Assembly: GCA_043803815.1 (NCBI GenBank)
Contig: JAZDJR010000005.1
Span: forward strand, 1-39,544
Direction: 5' to 3'
Source: Candidatus Micrarchaeota archaeon
Lineage (GTDB): Archaea > Iainarchaeota > Iainarchaeia > Iainarchaeales > JAGVWC01
Length of the DNA stretch: 39,544 nucleotides
Of the stretch, positions 38,331 to 39,544 are shown in pieces. Under the pieces are notes generated by a model. The model was not told where the DNA came from, did not search any database, and saw only the letters and a program-made list of their open reading frames with translations. Within the stretch, counting starts at the first letter, position 1. Every line of letters starts with the position of its first letter. The position numbers and the translations under genes are program-made.

Positions 38331-39407
38331 ATGACAAAAGCATTTTCAAAACAGACCGAATCCCGCAAGAACGAGCATTTGCAAATTGTGGCTGAAAAAA
38401 ACGTGGAGTACCGCAATAAGCCCACGGGGCTTGGGGACGTTCGGTTTGAAGGCGTGGAACTCGAATACAAAACGCTTCCGGAAATCAACAAAAAAGAAAT
38501 TACGCTTGAAACCAAATTTTTGGGAAAAAAATTTGCACTGCCTTTTTTTGTCAGCGGAATGACCGGCGGAACGGCCGAAGCCCAAAAAATAAACCGCGAA
38601 ATCGCGGTTGCGGTTGAAAAATTGCATATCGGGATGGGCGTCGGAAGCCAGCGCGCCATGATTGAAAACCCGAAGCTTTCGGAAACCTACAACGTGCGAA
38701 AGGTAATGCCCAACGCTTTTTTAGCTGGAAACATAGGAATTGCGCAGTTATTGGAATATCCGGTGGAAAAAATAGAGCATGCGCTGGACCAAATCAATGC
38801 GGACGCTTTGGCGGTTCATTTGAACGCCGGCCAGGAAGCCGTGCAAACCGAAGGAGATACGGATTTTAAGGGAGCAATTTTACAAATTAAAAAAACCGTG
38901 CGGGAACTGAAAGGAAAATATCCCGTGTACGTAAAAGAAGTGGGAAACGGAATCGATTCCAAAACCGCGGGCGCACTTTCCAAGGCGGGGGTGGCCGCGA
39001 TTGATGTGCAAGGGGCGGGCGGGACCAGCTGGGTGGGAGTCGAAGTTTTAAGAAAAAAAAGCGACGTGGGAGAAGCGTACTGGGATTTCGGGATTCCGAC
39101 CGCGGTTTCAATCGTGAATTGCAGAAAAGTATTCAAGGGTCCGATTATTGCCAGCGGCGGAATCAGAAACGGCTTGGATGCGGTTAAGGCGTTTGTTTTG
39201 GGGGCGGACCTCGCGGGAATGGCACGGCCTGTTTTTTTAAGCCAGCAAAAAAATGGGAGCGCCGGAGTAACCGATTTGTTTGAACGAATGGCCGAAGAAC
39301 TTCGGACGGGAATGTTTTTGGTCGGTGCCAAAAATCTGTCCGAACTGAAAAAAACGCGGTTTTTTTTGGAAGGAAAGACCCGCCAGTGGCTTGAAAAATT
39401 AAAATAA
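38331..39407 (+). CDS. fni: Type 2 isopentenyl diphosphate isomerase
   Basis: RKNEHL, SGMTGG, GVGSQR, VHLN..QE, VKEVGNG, GAGGTSW and IASGGIRNG. Confidence 0.96.
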   Translation: MTKAFSKQTESRKNEHLQIVAEKNVEYRNKPTGLGDVRFEGVELEYKTLPEINKKEITLETKFLGKKFALPFFVSGMTGGTAEAQKINREIAVAVEKLHIGMGVGSQRAMIENPKLSETYNVRKVMPNAFLAGNIGIAQLLEYPVEKIEHALDQINADALAVHLNAGQEAVQTEGDTDFKGAILQIKKTVRELKGKYPVYVKEVGNGIDSKTAGALSKAGVAAIDVQGAGGTSWVGVEVLRKKSDVGEAYWDFGIPTAVSIVNCRKVFKGPIIASGGIRNGLDAVKAFVLGADLAGMARPVFLSQQKNGSAGVTDLFERMAEELRTGMFLVGAKNLSELKKTRFFLEGKTRQWLEKLK

Positions 39408-39411
39408 ATAT

Positions 39412-39435
39412 CTCACCCCTAAAGGGGTGAGTTTT
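39412..39435 (+). other. Hairpin plus T tract: terminator and/or IS200/IS605-like end palindrome
   Basis: CTCACCCC-TAAA-GGGGTGAG followed by TTTT, 4 nt after the fni stop. Confidence 0.6.
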
Positions 39436-39484
39436 GGGTAAAGACGGATAGTTTTGTTTGGTGAATGTCGGCTTGGTTGCGCAC

Positions 39485-39534
39485 GTAGTTTCGTGCGACG
39501 TCCAAGTCAGCCCCAACAGTTCGCACGAAACTAC
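39485..39534. repeat. 14-bp perfect inverted repeat
   Basis: GTAGTTTCGTGCGA (39485-39498) and TCGCACGAAACTAC (39521-39534). Confidence 0.85.
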
Positions 39535-39544
39535 CTTGCGACCA

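Noticed and set aside
1-39544. CRISPR array, rRNA, tRNA, integrase or transposase genes
   Set aside because: No regularly spaced repeats, cloverleafs or such ORFs were seen by eye, and intergenic gaps are short. A covariance-model search was not possible.

Overview
Archaeal chromosomal segment. Archaeal markers are Pus10, a GAN/RecJ-like DHH protein, single-domain KaiC, the thiolase/DUF35/HMG-CoA synthase trio, IPK and IDI-2. Gene style suggests a DPANN lineage, possibly Iainarchaeota/Diapherotrites; this is inference only. The left part holds a KaiC pair, a decayed hicA, PEP synthase, the RecJ-like nuclease, a prenyl diphosphate synthase and Pus10. Two exported surface proteins follow, the first strongly enriched in D-x-N tripeptides and carrying an internal cassette-like repeat. 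The middle holds a bacterial-type folate/one-carbon cluster (double-domain ThyX, Fe-S flavoprotein, FolC, YhhQ-type transporter, DASS transporter, GlyA) and a PPDK with a LAGLIDADG intein inside its phospho-His motif. The right part (26.0-39.4 kb) is a near-contiguous cluster encoding the whole modified archaeal (Aeropyrum-type, prFMN-dependent) mevalonate pathway from acetyl-CoA to IPP/DMAPP. Interleaved in it are a frameshifted Nudix gene, a SAM methyltransferase, mini-ORFs and a convergent RelE/RelB-like pair. The window ends in an IS200/IS605-like palindrome and a structured sequence. No rRNA, tRNA or CRISPR array was recognised. All calls come from motif reading by eye; no database searches were run.
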